DNA of 18,058 bases from a virus (Duplodnaviria; Heunggongvirae; Uroviricota; Caudoviricetes), in IMG/VR virus record IMGVR_UViG_2521172733_000017; one strand, written 5' to 3'. The notes under the pieces are model-generated. The model ran no database searches, was not told where the DNA came from, and worked only from the letters and a program-made list of their open reading frames with translations. Shown one piece after another: positions 1 through 8,571 of this stretch; within the stretch, counting starts at the first letter, position 1, and every line of letters begins with the position of its first letter. The position numbers were made by a program, and so were the translations under genes.

Positions 1-309
1 GGTTCATGCTACCGGGCTAATGAAACACGCCAGTTCGCCCGGATGTTGGGACTTGAACCGAAGAACACGGCGGTGCGGAGTCCGGAGAGTAACGGAATAG
101 CAGAGAGCTTCGTGAAAACGATAAAGCGTGACTACATCAGTATCATGCCCAAACCAGACGGGTTAACGGCAGCAAAGAACCTTGCAGAGGCGTTCGAGCA
201 TTATAACGAATGGCATCCGCATAGTGCGCTGGGTTATCGCTCGCCACGGGAATATCTGCGGCAGCGGGCTTGTAATGGGTTAAGTGATAACAGATGTCTG
301 GAAATATAG
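1..309 (+). CDS. insD: IS3-family transposase OrfB (IS2 InsD-like), C-terminal fragment; the ORF runs in from upstream of the window
   Basis: Frame 1 is open from base 1 to TAG at 307-309; motifs [19 protein letters not shown] and [12 protein letters not shown] are typical of the DDE integrase-like domain C-terminus of IS3-family transposases. Confidence 0.75.
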
Positions 310-320
310 GGGCAAATCCA
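1..320 (+). mobile_element. Right end of an IS2-like (IS3 family) insertion sequence, truncated by the window edge; terminus ...GGGGCAAATCCA at 309-320
   Basis: Terminal sequence matches the IS2 right inverted repeat as I recall it (reverse complement TGGATTTGCCCCTATATTTCCAGACATCTGTTATCACTTAACCC); contains the 3' end of an IS3-family transposase ORF. Confidence 0.7.
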
Positions 321-721
321 CCAACAACCAGTTCGGTCTGGGAATTTATCTGTATACCGATGTAGCGTTACCTGACGTCGTGGCGATGACCGGGACTGGT
401 AACCCGTTCCTGATGTCGTTCTTCACCCAGACCACAGACGGCAAACTGAATCTGATGCATCACAAGAAAGCAGGAAACACAAAGTTGGGCGAGTTCGGGA
501 ATTACAGTAACGACTGGCAGACGCTGGAGCTGGTGTTCACCGCCGGCAGTGCCACGGTTACTCCGAAACTGAATGGAGTGGCTGGCCCGGCATTCCAGGT
601 CATAAAAGACAGTCTGACACTGGGGCTGAATGCGCTGACGTTAACTGATATCACTAAAAATGCCGCGTACGGCGTCGATATCGGCAGCCTGGTGCTGGAA
701 ATCAATAATCCCGCAGCATAA
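321..721 (+). pseudogene. 3' remnant (about 133 codons) of an unknown, probably phage late gene truncated by the IS2 insertion
   Basis: The 284-721 ORF starts (GTG) inside the IS2 terminus right after an in-frame TAA, so native coding sequence begins only at 321; it ends 24 bp upstream of gpR in the same orientation. T/G/N-rich, no transmembrane segment; I do not recognise the family. Confidence 0.4.
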
Positions 722-744
722 GGAAGAGCAGGAGAGCAAAACAG

Positions 745-1212
745 ATGCTTAAGACAAACAGTCTGCGAGAGTCCATGCTTCATGGGTGTCGGTGGTGCCA
801 GGCTAATCCCGAGAAATTCACCATTTTCGTGGAGAGCGGCAACATTGAAACGACCGGAGAAGCGCCCTCGTTTGTTTACCGCTATCAGATGGTGATGTTT
901 GTCATGGATTACGCCGGAGAGCTGGACGACCTCACGCTGCCGCTGCTGGCGTGGTTATCCGAAAATCAGCCACAGTTGTTGCTCAATCCGGAGCGTAATC
1001 AGGACATCAAATTTTCTGCCGTTATCAATGACGATGACAGCGCCGATCTCCTGTTTACGCTCCCCCTGCGGGAACGCGTTCGCATCACGCGCAACAGTCA
1101 GGGCACACCGCAGGCAGAACACCTGCCGGAGCCAAAACCCCGTCTGCCTTCTTCCGAAGGCGACTGGTCGCATGTATTCCAGGATGTGACGTGGGGTGAA
1201 AGCGATGGATAA
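745..1212 (+). CDS. R: P2 gpR-like tail completion protein
   Basis: 155 aa, same length as P2 gpR; N-terminus MLKTNSLRE... and LAWLSENQP motif resemble P2 gpR as recalled; sits immediately upstream of S-V-W-J. Confidence 0.7.
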   Translation: MLKTNSLRESMLHGCRWCQANPEKFTIFVESGNIETTGEAPSFVYRYQMVMFVMDYAGELDDLTLPLLAWLSENQPQLLLNPERNQDIKFSAVINDDDSADLLFTLPLRERVRITRNSQGTPQAEHLPEPKPRLPSSEGDWSHVFQDVTWGESDG

Positions 1213-1840
1213 GGCATTCACCCGCGTGGATGAAACCTTTGAGGCTATCCGCGACAGCCTGAATCAGCAGGCCATCAATAACATCGCCAGAAAGCTGGCA
1301 CAGGATTTACGTCGCGCCCAGCAGGCACGTATCCGGTCACAAAAAGCGCCGGACGGGACCGAATGGACACCACGCAGACGCCGCGTAACCCGGATACAGG
1401 AGCGCATTCGCTTTATCTGGAATAACGAAGCACGCACGCTGAAAAACTGGCATCACGACACAGGGAAATACGGGCGAACCATTACCGGGTGGGATGAGGA
1501 TAAAAACAATATCCGCACGTTTTACCGGGATGACATCGACCGTTTTCTGGAAATACGCACCCGGCGCATCAACCAGGACAGCACAAAGCGCGTCCCCATG
1601 TTCGTAAAACTGCGCACCGCCCGCTACCTGAAAGCTCGTGCAGATGCCTCCGGTGTGACGGTGGGTTACAGCGGCGTGGCCGCACGTATTGCACGCGTTC
1701 ATCAGTTCGGTGAGCGCGATCAGGTTGCGCCGGGCATTTTCACCGATTACCCGGTACGTGAGCTGTTGGGTATCAGCCAGGCAGATGAGCGCCTGATTTA
1801 TAACACGGTGCTGGGCCGGATTGCGGAGGCTGTACGGTGA
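1205..1840 (+). CDS. S: P2 gpS-like tail completion / virion morphogenesis protein
   Basis: ATG at 1205 overlaps the gpR stop (ATGGATAA) and the ORF stop overlaps the gpV start; position between R and V in P2 synteny. The track ORF begins at GTG 1196. Confidence 0.6.
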   Translation: MDKAFTRVDETFEAIRDSLNQQAINNIARKLAQDLRRAQQARIRSQKAPDGTEWTPRRRRVTRIQERIRFIWNNEARTLKNWHHDTGKYGRTITGWDEDKNNIRTFYRDDIDRFLEIRTRRINQDSTKRVPMFVKLRTARYLKARADASGVTVGYSGVAARIARVHQFGERDQVAPGIFTDYPVRELLGISQADERLIYNTVLGRIAEAVR

Positions 1841-2418
1841 GCGCAGAACTCATGCGACTGCTGAGCAACATCATCCGCACCGGGATCATCTCTGAAGTTG
1901 ATGAGAAGTCCTGGCGCGTGCGCGTTCGCAGCGGCGAACTGGAAACAGGCTGGTTGCGCTGGAACACCACGCGCGCGGGAGCCTTCAATGTGTGGCTGCC
2001 GCCATCACCAGGCGAACAGGTGGTAATTGCCTGCATTGGCGGCAACCCGGAAACCGCCATGATAATTGGCAGCCTGTGGAGTGATGCCAGTCCGGCCCCC
2101 GGCAAAAGCCTGAAAGAAATCGTGGTCAGCGCGCCGGATGGCGCGGTGTTCCGCTACGACGCAGACGCTGGCGCACTGAGCGCCAGCGGCATGAAAACAG
2201 CCACCCTGCAGGCATCCGTCAGCGTGACACTGGATACGCCCGTCGTGGAATGCACAAACCTTCTGAGAACGGCGACGCTTGACGTCACAAAAGGGGGAAA
2301 GATGAGCGGCAATATCACGCACAGCGGCGGCAATTTCACCTCAAACGGCATTACCGTGCATACGCATAAGCACGGTGGCGTTAAAGGTGGCAGCGATTCG
2401 ACAGGAGGCCCGCAGTGA
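1837..2418 (+). CDS. V: Baseplate assembly protein V (central spike)
   Basis: Motifs NIIRTGIISEVD, PSPGEQVVI, LDTPVVECTNLL and THSGGNFTSNGITVHTHKH match P2 gpV as recalled; GTG start at 1837 overlaps the S stop (ATG at 1852 is an alternative). Confidence 0.85.
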   Translation: MSAELMRLLSNIIRTGIISEVDEKSWRVRVRSGELETGWLRWNTTRAGAFNVWLPPSPGEQVVIACIGGNPETAMIIGSLWSDASPAPGKSLKEIVVSAPDGAVFRYDADAGALSASGMKTATLQASVSVTLDTPVVECTNLLRTATLDVTKGGKMSGNITHSGGNFTSNGITVHTHKHGGVKGGSDSTGGPQ

Positions 2419-2765
2419 CAACCCGCTACACAGGAATGAACCCGGACGGGACGGGAAACCTGAACGATATGGAGCACCTGAAACAGTCAGTCAGGGACAT
2501 CCTGATCACCCCGCTGGCAAGCCGGGTTATGCGACGGGAATATGGCAGCCTTGTGCCTGATTTGATTGACGAACCCATGAATAACACCACGCGTCTGCAA
2601 TGCATGAGTGCTGCCGTGATTGCGCTGACACGATGGGAACCCCGCATTGCCCTGGACGCCATCGACGTTGTCTGGAAGGCAGGAGGCCGCGCCGGGGTGA
2701 CGCTGTCGGGCACTGTCATGCAGACCATGCAGAATGTTGAATTAACCATCACGCTGAGAGAGTAA
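2415..2765 (+). CDS. W: Baseplate wedge protein W (GPW/gp25 family)
   Basis: 116 aa; N-terminus MTTRYTGMN... parallels P2 gpW MTARYLGMN...; GTG start overlaps the V stop (translational coupling). Confidence 0.85.
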   Translation: MTTRYTGMNPDGTGNLNDMEHLKQSVRDILITPLASRVMRREYGSLVPDLIDEPMNNTTRLQCMSAAVIALTRWEPRIALDAIDVVWKAGGRAGVTLSGTVMQTMQNVELTITLRE

Positions 2766-2768
2766 ATC

Positions 2769-3665
2769 ATGCCTGCTGTTGATCTTTCCCAGTTACCGGA
2801 ACCCGCCATCATCGCGGAGCCTGATTTTGAGGCAATTCTGGCTGACACAAAGGCCATGATGATTGCGTCCTATCCTGCCGAACAGCGTGAAGCCGTCTCC
2901 GCCGCGCTGGAGCTGGAATCAGAACCCCTGAACGTTATCGCTCAAACCATGTCGTTTCGTGAAATGCTGTTACGCCAGCGGGTTAACGAGGGCGCACGCG
3001 CCTGCATGTTAAGCCACGGTTCAGGGACAAACCTGGACAACCTCGCGGGCAATATGAACACAAAGCGCCTGGTTATCACTCCGGCAACGGATACCACCGA
3101 CGCGGTGATGGAGAGCGACACCTCGCTGAGACTGCGGGCGCAGCGGGCGTATGACGGCCTGAGTGTTGCTGGCCCGTCAGGTGCATACGAGTATTTTGCA
3201 CGCAGCGCCAGCGGTCTGGTGCGTGATGCGCGGGCCATCAGCCCGTCTCCGGCCTGTGTGACGGTTTCCATTCTGTCCACTGAAGGCGACGGCACAGCAA
3301 CGGAGGCGTTGCTTAATACCGTTCGCGCCGTTCTGAATGCAGAGGATACCCGCCCGGTGGCCGACCGACTGACCGTACAGAGCGCCAGCATCGTGACATG
3401 GCGGCTGAATGCAAAACTGTACTTTTACCCCGGCCCGGAATCCGAACCTATTCTGGCTGCGGCTGAATCGTCGTTCAGGAAGTGGCTGGCTGAGCAGGGG
3501 CTTATTGGTCAGGACGTGGCGTTGTCAGCCATTGCTGCCGCACTTCATGTGCACGGCGTGCAACGCGTGGAGATAATCGAACCCACACAGAATATGGCCA
3601 TCAGCGACATACAGGCGGCGCGCTGTGAGTCATTCACCATCAGCGAAGGTGGGCGTAATGAGTAA
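2769..3665 (+). CDS. J: Baseplate assembly protein J
   Basis: 298 aa (P2 gpJ is about 300 aa); position after W; RBS-spaced ATG 3 bp after the W stop. Confidence 0.8.
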   Translation: MPAVDLSQLPEPAIIAEPDFEAILADTKAMMIASYPAEQREAVSAALELESEPLNVIAQTMSFREMLLRQRVNEGARACMLSHGSGTNLDNLAGNMNTKRLVITPATDTTDAVMESDTSLRLRAQRAYDGLSVAGPSGAYEYFARSASGLVRDARAISPSPACVTVSILSTEGDGTATEALLNTVRAVLNAEDTRPVADRLTVQSASIVTWRLNAKLYFYPGPESEPILAAAESSFRKWLAEQGLIGQDVALSAIAAALHVHGVQRVEIIEPTQNMAISDIQAARCESFTISEGGRNE

Positions 3666-4188
3666 TTCACTGTTACCGCCATCAGCCAGCAATTTCATGC
3701 GTTGCGCCGAAGCTGTCGGAGCGCGCATTACAGACATCCCGGTAGACCTCAACACGCTGTGGTCACCGGACACCTGCCCGGTGCATCTGCTGCCTTATCT
3801 CGCCTGGGCATTTTCCGTTGACCGCTGGGATCGCAACTGGCCGGAAGAGACAAAGCGACAGGTGATTCGTGATGCCTGGCTGATACACCGACACAAAGGG
3901 ACCATCAGCGCACTGCGCCGGGCCATTGAGCCGCTGGGATACCTCATTCGCGTGTCTGAGTGGTGGGAATTCGGCGGAGAACCGGGAACATTTACTGTTG
4001 AAGTCGGCACGCTGGACAGTGGCGTGACGGAGGAAATGTATCTGGAAATGGAGCGGTTGATTGCTGATGCCCGCCCGGTCAGCCGCCACATGACAGGGCT
4101 GAATATCATTCAGGAAATTCCGGGGGATATTTTCGCAGCGGCGGCAACTTATGACGGTGAAGTTATTACCATTTATCCAGGCGATTAA
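3658..4188 (+). CDS. I: Tail protein I (baseplate)
   Basis: ATG at 3658 overlaps the J stop (ATGAGTAA), giving 176 aa, the P2 gpI length; directly precedes the tail fibre gene. The track ORF starts at GTG 3625. Confidence 0.8.
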   Translation: MSNSLLPPSASNFMRCAEAVGARITDIPVDLNTLWSPDTCPVHLLPYLAWAFSVDRWDRNWPEETKRQVIRDAWLIHRHKGTISALRRAIEPLGYLIRVSEWWEFGGEPGTFTVEVGTLDSGVTEEMYLEMERLIADARPVSRHMTGLNIIQEIPGDIFAAAATYDGEVITIYPGD

Positions 4189-4190
4189 GC

Positions 4191-6077
4191 ATGAGTACCA
4201 CAACACGAAAATTTAAAACCGTTATCACCGATACGGGTGCAAAAAAATTAGCTCAGGCAGCCGCGCCAGATGGTAAGCCTGTCCGCCTGACTCATATGGC
4301 CGTGGGCGACGGTGGCGGCACGTTGCCCACACCAGACAGTAAGCAGACCCGTCTGGTGCATGAGGTGTGGCGACACACTGTTAATCGCGTCATCCTGGAC
4401 GCAACACATCAGAACCGCATTATTGCGGAGCTGGTTATTCCTCCTGAAACGGGCGGATTCTGGATCCGGGAAATTGGTGTATTTGATGAGCACGGCGATT
4501 TAATCGCGGCGGGCAATACTGCCGAAAGTTACAAGCCAGCCGTTGCCGAAGGGTCCGGTCGTGCACAAACATTTCGCACCATTCTGACCGTATCCAGCAC
4601 TGCCACCGTGGCGCTTACCGTGGATAACACCATGGTGATGGCCACAGTGGATTACGTGGATGACAAACTGAAAGAGCATGAACAGTCACGACGTCACCCG
4701 GACGCCTCGCTGACCGCAAAAGGCTTTGTTCAACTCAGTAGTGCCACCAACAGCACGTCTGAAACACTGGCCGCGACATCGAAAGCGGTTAAGGCGGTAA
4801 TGGATGAAACGAACAAGAAAGCCCCATTAAACAGCCCGGCACTGACCGGAACGCCAACAACGCCAACTGCGCGACAGGGAACGAATAATACCCAAATCGC
4901 AAGCACGGCTTTCGTTATGGCTGCGATTGCCGCCCTTGTAGATTCGTCACCTGACGCACTGAATACGCTGAACGAGTTAGCGGCGGCGCTGGGAAACGAC
5001 CCGAATTTTGCGACCACCATGACTAACGCGCTTGCGGGTAAGCAACCGAAAGATGCCACCCTGACGGCGCTGGCCGGGCTTGCTACTGCGGCAGACAAGT
5101 TTCCGTATTTTACGGGGAATGATGTCGCCAGCCTGGCAACCCTGACAAAAGTCGGGCGGGATATTCTTGCGAAATCGACCGTTGCTGCCGTTATCGAATA
5201 CCTCGGTTTACAGGAAATGGTAAACAGGGCTGGTAACGCCGTGCAAAAAAATGGCGATACTTTGTCCGGTGGGCTTACTTTTGAAAATGACTCAATCCTT
5301 GCCTGGATTCGAAATACTGACTGGGCGAAGATTGGATTTAAAAATGATGCCGATGGTGACACTGATTCATACATGTGGTTTGAAACAGGCGACAACGGCA
5401 ATGAATATTTCAAATGGAGAAGCAAACAAAGCACCACAACAAAAGACCTGATGACGCTGAAATGGGATGCGCTAAATATTCTTGTTAATGCCGTCATTAA
5501 TGGCAGCCTTGGAGTTGGTACGACGAATGCGTTAGGTGGTAGCTCTATTGTTCTTGGTGATAATGATACCGGATTTAAACAGAATGGAGACGGTATTCTT
5601 GATGTTTATGCTAATAGTCAGCGTGTATTCCGCTTTCAGAATGGAGTGGCTATTGCTTTTAAAAATATTCAGGCTGGGGATGGTAAAAAATTCACGCTAT
5701 CCAGCTCCAACAACTCCACGAAGAACGTAGGGTTTAATTTATGGGGCGCTTCATCAAGACCAACTGTTGCAGAGCTTGGTGATGATTCAGGCTGGCATTT
5801 CTATAGTCAGCGAAATACAGATAACTCGGTGATATTTGCTGTAAACGGTCAGATACAACCCAGCAACTGGGGGAATTTTGATTCACGCTATGTGAGAGAT
5901 GTCAGACTTGGCACGCGTGTTGTTCAAACTATGCAAAGAGGCGTGATGTATGAAAAATCAGGCCATGCAATTACGGGGCTTGGCATTGTCGGCGAAGTTG
6001 ATGGCGATGATCCGGCTGTGTTCAGACCAATACAAAAATACATCAATGGCACATGGTATAACGTTGCACAGGTATAA
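4191..6077 (+). CDS. H: Tail fibre protein H: constant N-terminal part plus currently expressed variable C-terminal part
   Basis: 628 aa; N-terminal region with IAELVIPPETGGFW and the repeated QLSSATNSTSETLAAT motif, and C-terminus YINGTWYNVAQV, resemble P2 gpH as recalled; the gix-like crossover site lies in-frame at 5191-5216. Confidence 0.9.
   Translation: MSTTTRKFKTVITDTGAKKLAQAAAPDGKPVRLTHMAVGDGGGTLPTPDSKQTRLVHEVWRHTVNRVILDATHQNRIIAELVIPPETGGFWIREIGVFDEHGDLIAAGNTAESYKPAVAEGSGRAQTFRTILTVSSTATVALTVDNTMVMATVDYVDDKLKEHEQSRRHPDASLTAKGFVQLSSATNSTSETLAATSKAVKAVMDETNKKAPLNSPALTGTPTTPTARQGTNNTQIASTAFVMAAIAALVDSSPDALNTLNELAAALGNDPNFATTMTNALAGKQPKDATLTALAGLATAADKFPYFTGNDVASLATLTKVGRDILAKSTVAAVIEYLGLQEMVNRAGNAVQKNGDTLSGGLTFENDSILAWIRNTDWAKIGFKNDADGDTDSYMWFETGDNGNEYFKWRSKQSTTTKDLMTLKWDALNILVNAVINGSLGVGTTNALGGSSIVLGDNDTGFKQNGDGILDVYANSQRVFRFQNGVAIAFKNIQAGDGKKFTLSSSNNSTKNVGFNLWGASSRPTVAELGDDSGWHFYSQRNTDNSVIFAVNGQIQPSNWGNFDSRYVRDVRLGTRVVQTMQRGVMYEKSGHAITGLGIVGEVDGDDPAVFRPIQKYINGTWYNVAQV
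5191..5216. repeat. gix/hix-like recombination site (left inverted repeat) TTATCGAATACCTCGGTTTACAGGAA inside H
   Basis: Matches 21 of 26 positions with the reverse complement of the site at 7869-7894; strongly resembles Mu gixL (TTATCCAAAACCTCGGTTTACAGGAA) as recalled. Confidence 0.8.
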
Positions 6078-6080
6078 ATC

Positions 6081-6608
6081 ATGCAGCATTTAAAAAACAT
6101 TACTGCTGGCAATCCTAAAACAAAAGAGCAATATCAGCTAACAAAGAATTTTGATGTTATCTGGTTGTGGTCAGAAGATGGGAAAAACTGGTACGAGGAA
6201 TTAAAGAACTTTCAGGAAGACACAATAAAAATTCTTTATGACGAGAATAATATTATTGTCGCCATCACCAAAGATGCCTCCACGCTTAACCCTGAAGGCT
6301 ATAGCGTCGTTGAAGTTCCTGATATTACAGCTAATCGCCGTGCCGATGATTCAGGTAAGTGGATGTTTAAGGACGGGGCTGTAGTTAAGCGGATTTATAC
6401 GGCAGACGAACAGCAACAACAGGCCAAATCACAAAAGGCCGCATTACTTTCCGAAGCTGAATCAGTTATCCAGCCACTGGAACGCGCTGTCAGGCTGAAC
6501 ATGGCGACGGATGAGGAGCGCGCACGACTGGAGTCATGGGAACGCTACAGCGTTCTGGTCAGCCGTGTGGATACAGCAAATCCCGAATGGCCACAAAAGC
6601 CTGAATAA
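6081..6608 (+). CDS. G: Tail fibre assembly chaperone (gpG / Mu U-like)
   Basis: 175 aa immediately after H; N-terminal 22 residues nearly identical to the oppositely oriented paralogue at 6637-7170, as expected for U/U' chaperone pairs. Confidence 0.85.
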   Translation: MQHLKNITAGNPKTKEQYQLTKNFDVIWLWSEDGKNWYEELKNFQEDTIKILYDENNIIVAITKDASTLNPEGYSVVEVPDITANRRADDSGKWMFKDGAVVKRIYTADEQQQQAKSQKAALLSEAESVIQPLERAVRLNMATDEERARLESWERYSVLVSRVDTANPEWPQKPE

Positions 6609-6613
6609 AAATT

Positions 6614-6633
6614 AAGGCCCGATAGCGGGCCTT
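6614..6633. terminator. Bidirectional hairpin between the convergent G and G' genes (AAGGCCCG-ATAG-CGGGCCTT)
   Basis: Perfect 8-bp GC-rich stem with a tetraloop, located between the two convergent stop codons (6606-6608 and 6637-6639). Confidence 0.55.
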
Positions 6634-6636
6634 GTC

Positions 6637-7170
6637 TCATTCAGGTTGTTCGGGAAACGTTACTGGCAGGCTGGAAGTGTCTGTAGATTCGACTTTCTGC
6701 GCAAAGAGCATCCACTCTGTTAATTTTTGTTTATTCTCGTCGGAAATGATGCCCAGCCGTAGCTGTGAGTCCCATAGCTGGGTTTTATCCCTGACGAGCT
6801 GTAGCAGGCTTTGCTTTTCATTTTCCGCCTGCTGCCTCTGCTCTTCCTCGGTATAAGTTCGCTTTACCACTACGCCATCTTTGAACATCCATTTACCCGA
6901 AATGTCAGCACGGCGATTTGCTGTAATATCAGGTAATTCAACGACGCTTGCGCCTTCCGGATTAATTGCTGAAACATCCTTTTCAATACAAATAATAACG
7001 CCGTTATGGTCATAGACCATTTTCAAAGTGTCTGGCTGGAAATTCTTTTGTTCCTCATACCAGTTTTTTCCATCATCTGAATAAAGCCATTTGATGTTAA
7101 ATTGCTTTGTTAGCTGGTATTGCTCTTTTGTTTTAGGATTGCCAGCAGTAATGTTTTTTAAGTGCTGCAT
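6637..7170 (-). CDS. Alternative tail fibre assembly chaperone (G' / U'-like), expressed after inversion
   Basis: 177 aa; N-terminus [22 protein letters not shown] shared with G, remainder diverged; lies inside the invertible segment on the opposite strand. Confidence 0.8.
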   Translation of the reverse strand: MQHLKNITAGNPKTKEQYQLTKQFNIKWLYSDDGKNWYEEQKNFQPDTLKMVYDHNGVIICIEKDVSAINPEGASVVELPDITANRRADISGKWMFKDGVVVKRTYTEEEQRQQAENEKQSLLQLVRDKTQLWDSQLRLGIISDENKQKLTEWMLFAQKVESTDTSSLPVTFPEQPE

Positions 7171-7172
7171 AA

Positions 7173-7886
7173 TTAAATACTCCCCGCGTTATACCACGTC
7201 CCATTAATGCAATACTGAATTGGCCTTGCCTGAGTTGTATCAATTAATTCATCACGGTTTCTGTTAACTGAACCCGTAACGACATAACCTGACCTGTCAG
7301 ACCAGCCGGGACCATTCCATGTCTGAACAGATGACAGACCGCCAAGGCGAATACCTGTAATAAACCTTGAGTTACATTCTGCCTGCGTGTATGCACCAAC
7401 ATCTCCCGCAGAGGGTTTGCGGGTCGTGGTGTAAAACTCTGACCAGTCGGCTTCAAAACCATAACCATCACGGGCTGAACGATAAAAAATACCGCCATTT
7501 TTATAATTAATCCGAAACTGAGCTGCAGGACAACTTCCTTCTCCCATATAAAAATGAATAATTAACGTTGATGCACCACTAATAGTTGCGTTATAGGCTC
7601 CGCTACTCCAGTTCCATCCAACTGCTTTATCATTCGCAACGGTGCTTCCTGTTTTCCCTAAGGCAAACGCACCAACATGACTTGCTTTTAATGTGATATC
7701 GGAGGAACCATCAAAAGCCACATTGCTTATTTTCCTGGCAGTTTTTAATTTTGCAGCTGTAGAAGCATTGCCGGATAGTTCACCTGAAAGGCCACCGCTG
7801 AATGTTTGTCGATTAGTCCAGGTATTCGCTGTACTGAGTAACGGTATTTTCTCCCCGCTTGTGCCGAGTTCTCGTAAACCGAGGTT
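7173..7886 (-). CDS. Alternative tail fibre variable C-terminal segment (H' / Sv'-like); no start codon of its own, fused to the H constant region after inversion
   Basis: The - strand frame is open from 7886 to the stop at 7173 and passes through the gix core encoding L-G-L, as H does at gixL; an in-frame TAA lies in the outer half of gixR (7887-7889); C-terminus CINGTWYNAGSI parallels the H C-terminus. The track ORF starts at 7721. Confidence 0.75.
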   Translation of the reverse strand, partial: NLGLRELGTSGEKIPLLSTANTWTNRQTFSGGLSGELSGNASTAAKLKTARKISNVAFDGSSDITLKASHVGAFALGKTGSTVANDKAVGWNWSSGAYNATISGASTLIIHFYMGEGSCPAAQFRINYKNGGIFYRSARDGYGFEADWSEFYTTTRKPSAGDVGAYTQAECNSRFITGIRLGGLSSVQTWNGPGWSDRSGYVVTGSVNRNRDELIDTTQARPIQYCINGTWYNAGSI

Positions 7887-7894
7887 TTAGATAA
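7869..7894. repeat. gix/hix-like recombination site (right inverted repeat) TTCTCGTAAACCGAGGTTTTAGATAA
   Basis: Inverted copy of the 5191-5216 site; resembles Mu gixR (TTCCTGTAAACCGAGGTTTTGGATAATGG) including the trailing ATGG; lies 55 bp upstream of the invertase start. Confidence 0.8.
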
Positions 7895-7948
7895 TGGCCG
7901 TTTCTGACCTGCATGGCATGATTTACGCTTTTGGACGGGAGATTCAGC

Positions 7949-8536
7949 GTGCTGATTGGCTATGTAAGGGTATCAACAAATGACCAGAATACAGACCTGC
8001 AACGAAACGCTCTTGTTTGTGCAGGATGTGAACAAATATTTGAAGATAAATTAAGCGGGACAAAGACAGACCGACCGGGATTAAAACGCGCTTTAAAGCG
8101 CCTTCAAAAAGGTGACACGCTGGTTGTCTGGAAACTGGATCGCCTCGGGCGAAGCATGAAACATCTGATTTCTCTCGTCGGGGAACTACGGGAGCGAGGG
8201 ATTAATTTTCGCAGTCTGACCGACAGCATAGATACATCTTCTCCAATGGGGCGTTTTTTCTTCCACGTGATGGGTGCCCTGGCTGAAATGGAACGTGAAT
8301 TAATTGTTGAACGTACACTGGCCGGACTGGCGGCAGCGCGTGCACGGGGGCGCACAGGCGGACGTCGACCGAAGCTGACAAAAGAACAGCATGAGCAAAT
8401 AGCAAGGCTGATCAAAAACGGGCACGACAGAAAACAACTGGCAATAATTTACGGCATTGGTATATCGACGATTTATCGTTACCACCCCGCAGGAGAATCA
8501 AGCGGAACAATAGAGAAGAGTCAGGAAACAAAATAA
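7949..8536 (+). CDS. Serine-recombinase DNA invertase (Gin/Pin/Cin/Hin family)
   Basis: From GTG 7949 the product begins MLIGYVRVSTNDQNTDLQRNAL... with the catalytic-serine motif YVRVSTNDQ and VVWKLDRLGRS, close to Mu Gin and e14 Pin as recalled; C-terminal helix-turn-helix region. The track's TTG start at 7931 adds 6 unlikely residues. Confidence 0.9.
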   Translation: MLIGYVRVSTNDQNTDLQRNALVCAGCEQIFEDKLSGTKTDRPGLKRALKRLQKGDTLVVWKLDRLGRSMKHLISLVGELRERGINFRSLTDSIDTSSPMGRFFFHVMGALAEMERELIVERTLAGLAAARARGRTGGRRPKLTKEQHEQIARLIKNGHDRKQLAIIYGIGISTIYRYHPAGESSGTIEKSQETK

Positions 8537-8565
8537 CCGCTAATCTGACCATTAGCGGTTTTTGT
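8536..8565. terminator. Bidirectional rho-independent terminator between the invertase and convergent gpU (ACCGCTAAT-CTGACC-ATTAGCGGT followed by TTTTT)
   Basis: 9-bp perfect stem followed by a T-run on the + strand and by TTATTTT on the - strand; sits in the 35-bp gap between the two convergent stop codons. Confidence 0.6.
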
Positions 8566-8571
8566 GTTAAA

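Larger units (their letters stand above)
5191..7894. other. Invertible tail-fibre host-range segment (G-segment-like, about 2.7 kb) bounded by gix-like inverted repeats
   Basis: Inverted 26-bp sites at both ends; convergent fibre C-terminus plus chaperone pairs (H/G on +, H'/G' on -); adjacent Gin-family invertase; the segment is visibly AT-richer than the flanking tail genes. Confidence 0.8.

Noticed and set aside
4730-5497. 255-aa ORF on the - strand inside the tail fibre gene H
   Set aside because: Entirely antisense to H, whose identity is supported by strong family motifs; hydrophobic low-complexity translation; no independent support.
7931-7948. TTG start at 7931 for the invertase (as in the ORF track)
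   Set aside because: It adds 6 residues (LDGRFS) not found in Gin/Pin/Hin N-termini; the GTG at 7949 gives the canonical MLIGYVRVSTNDQ N-terminus.
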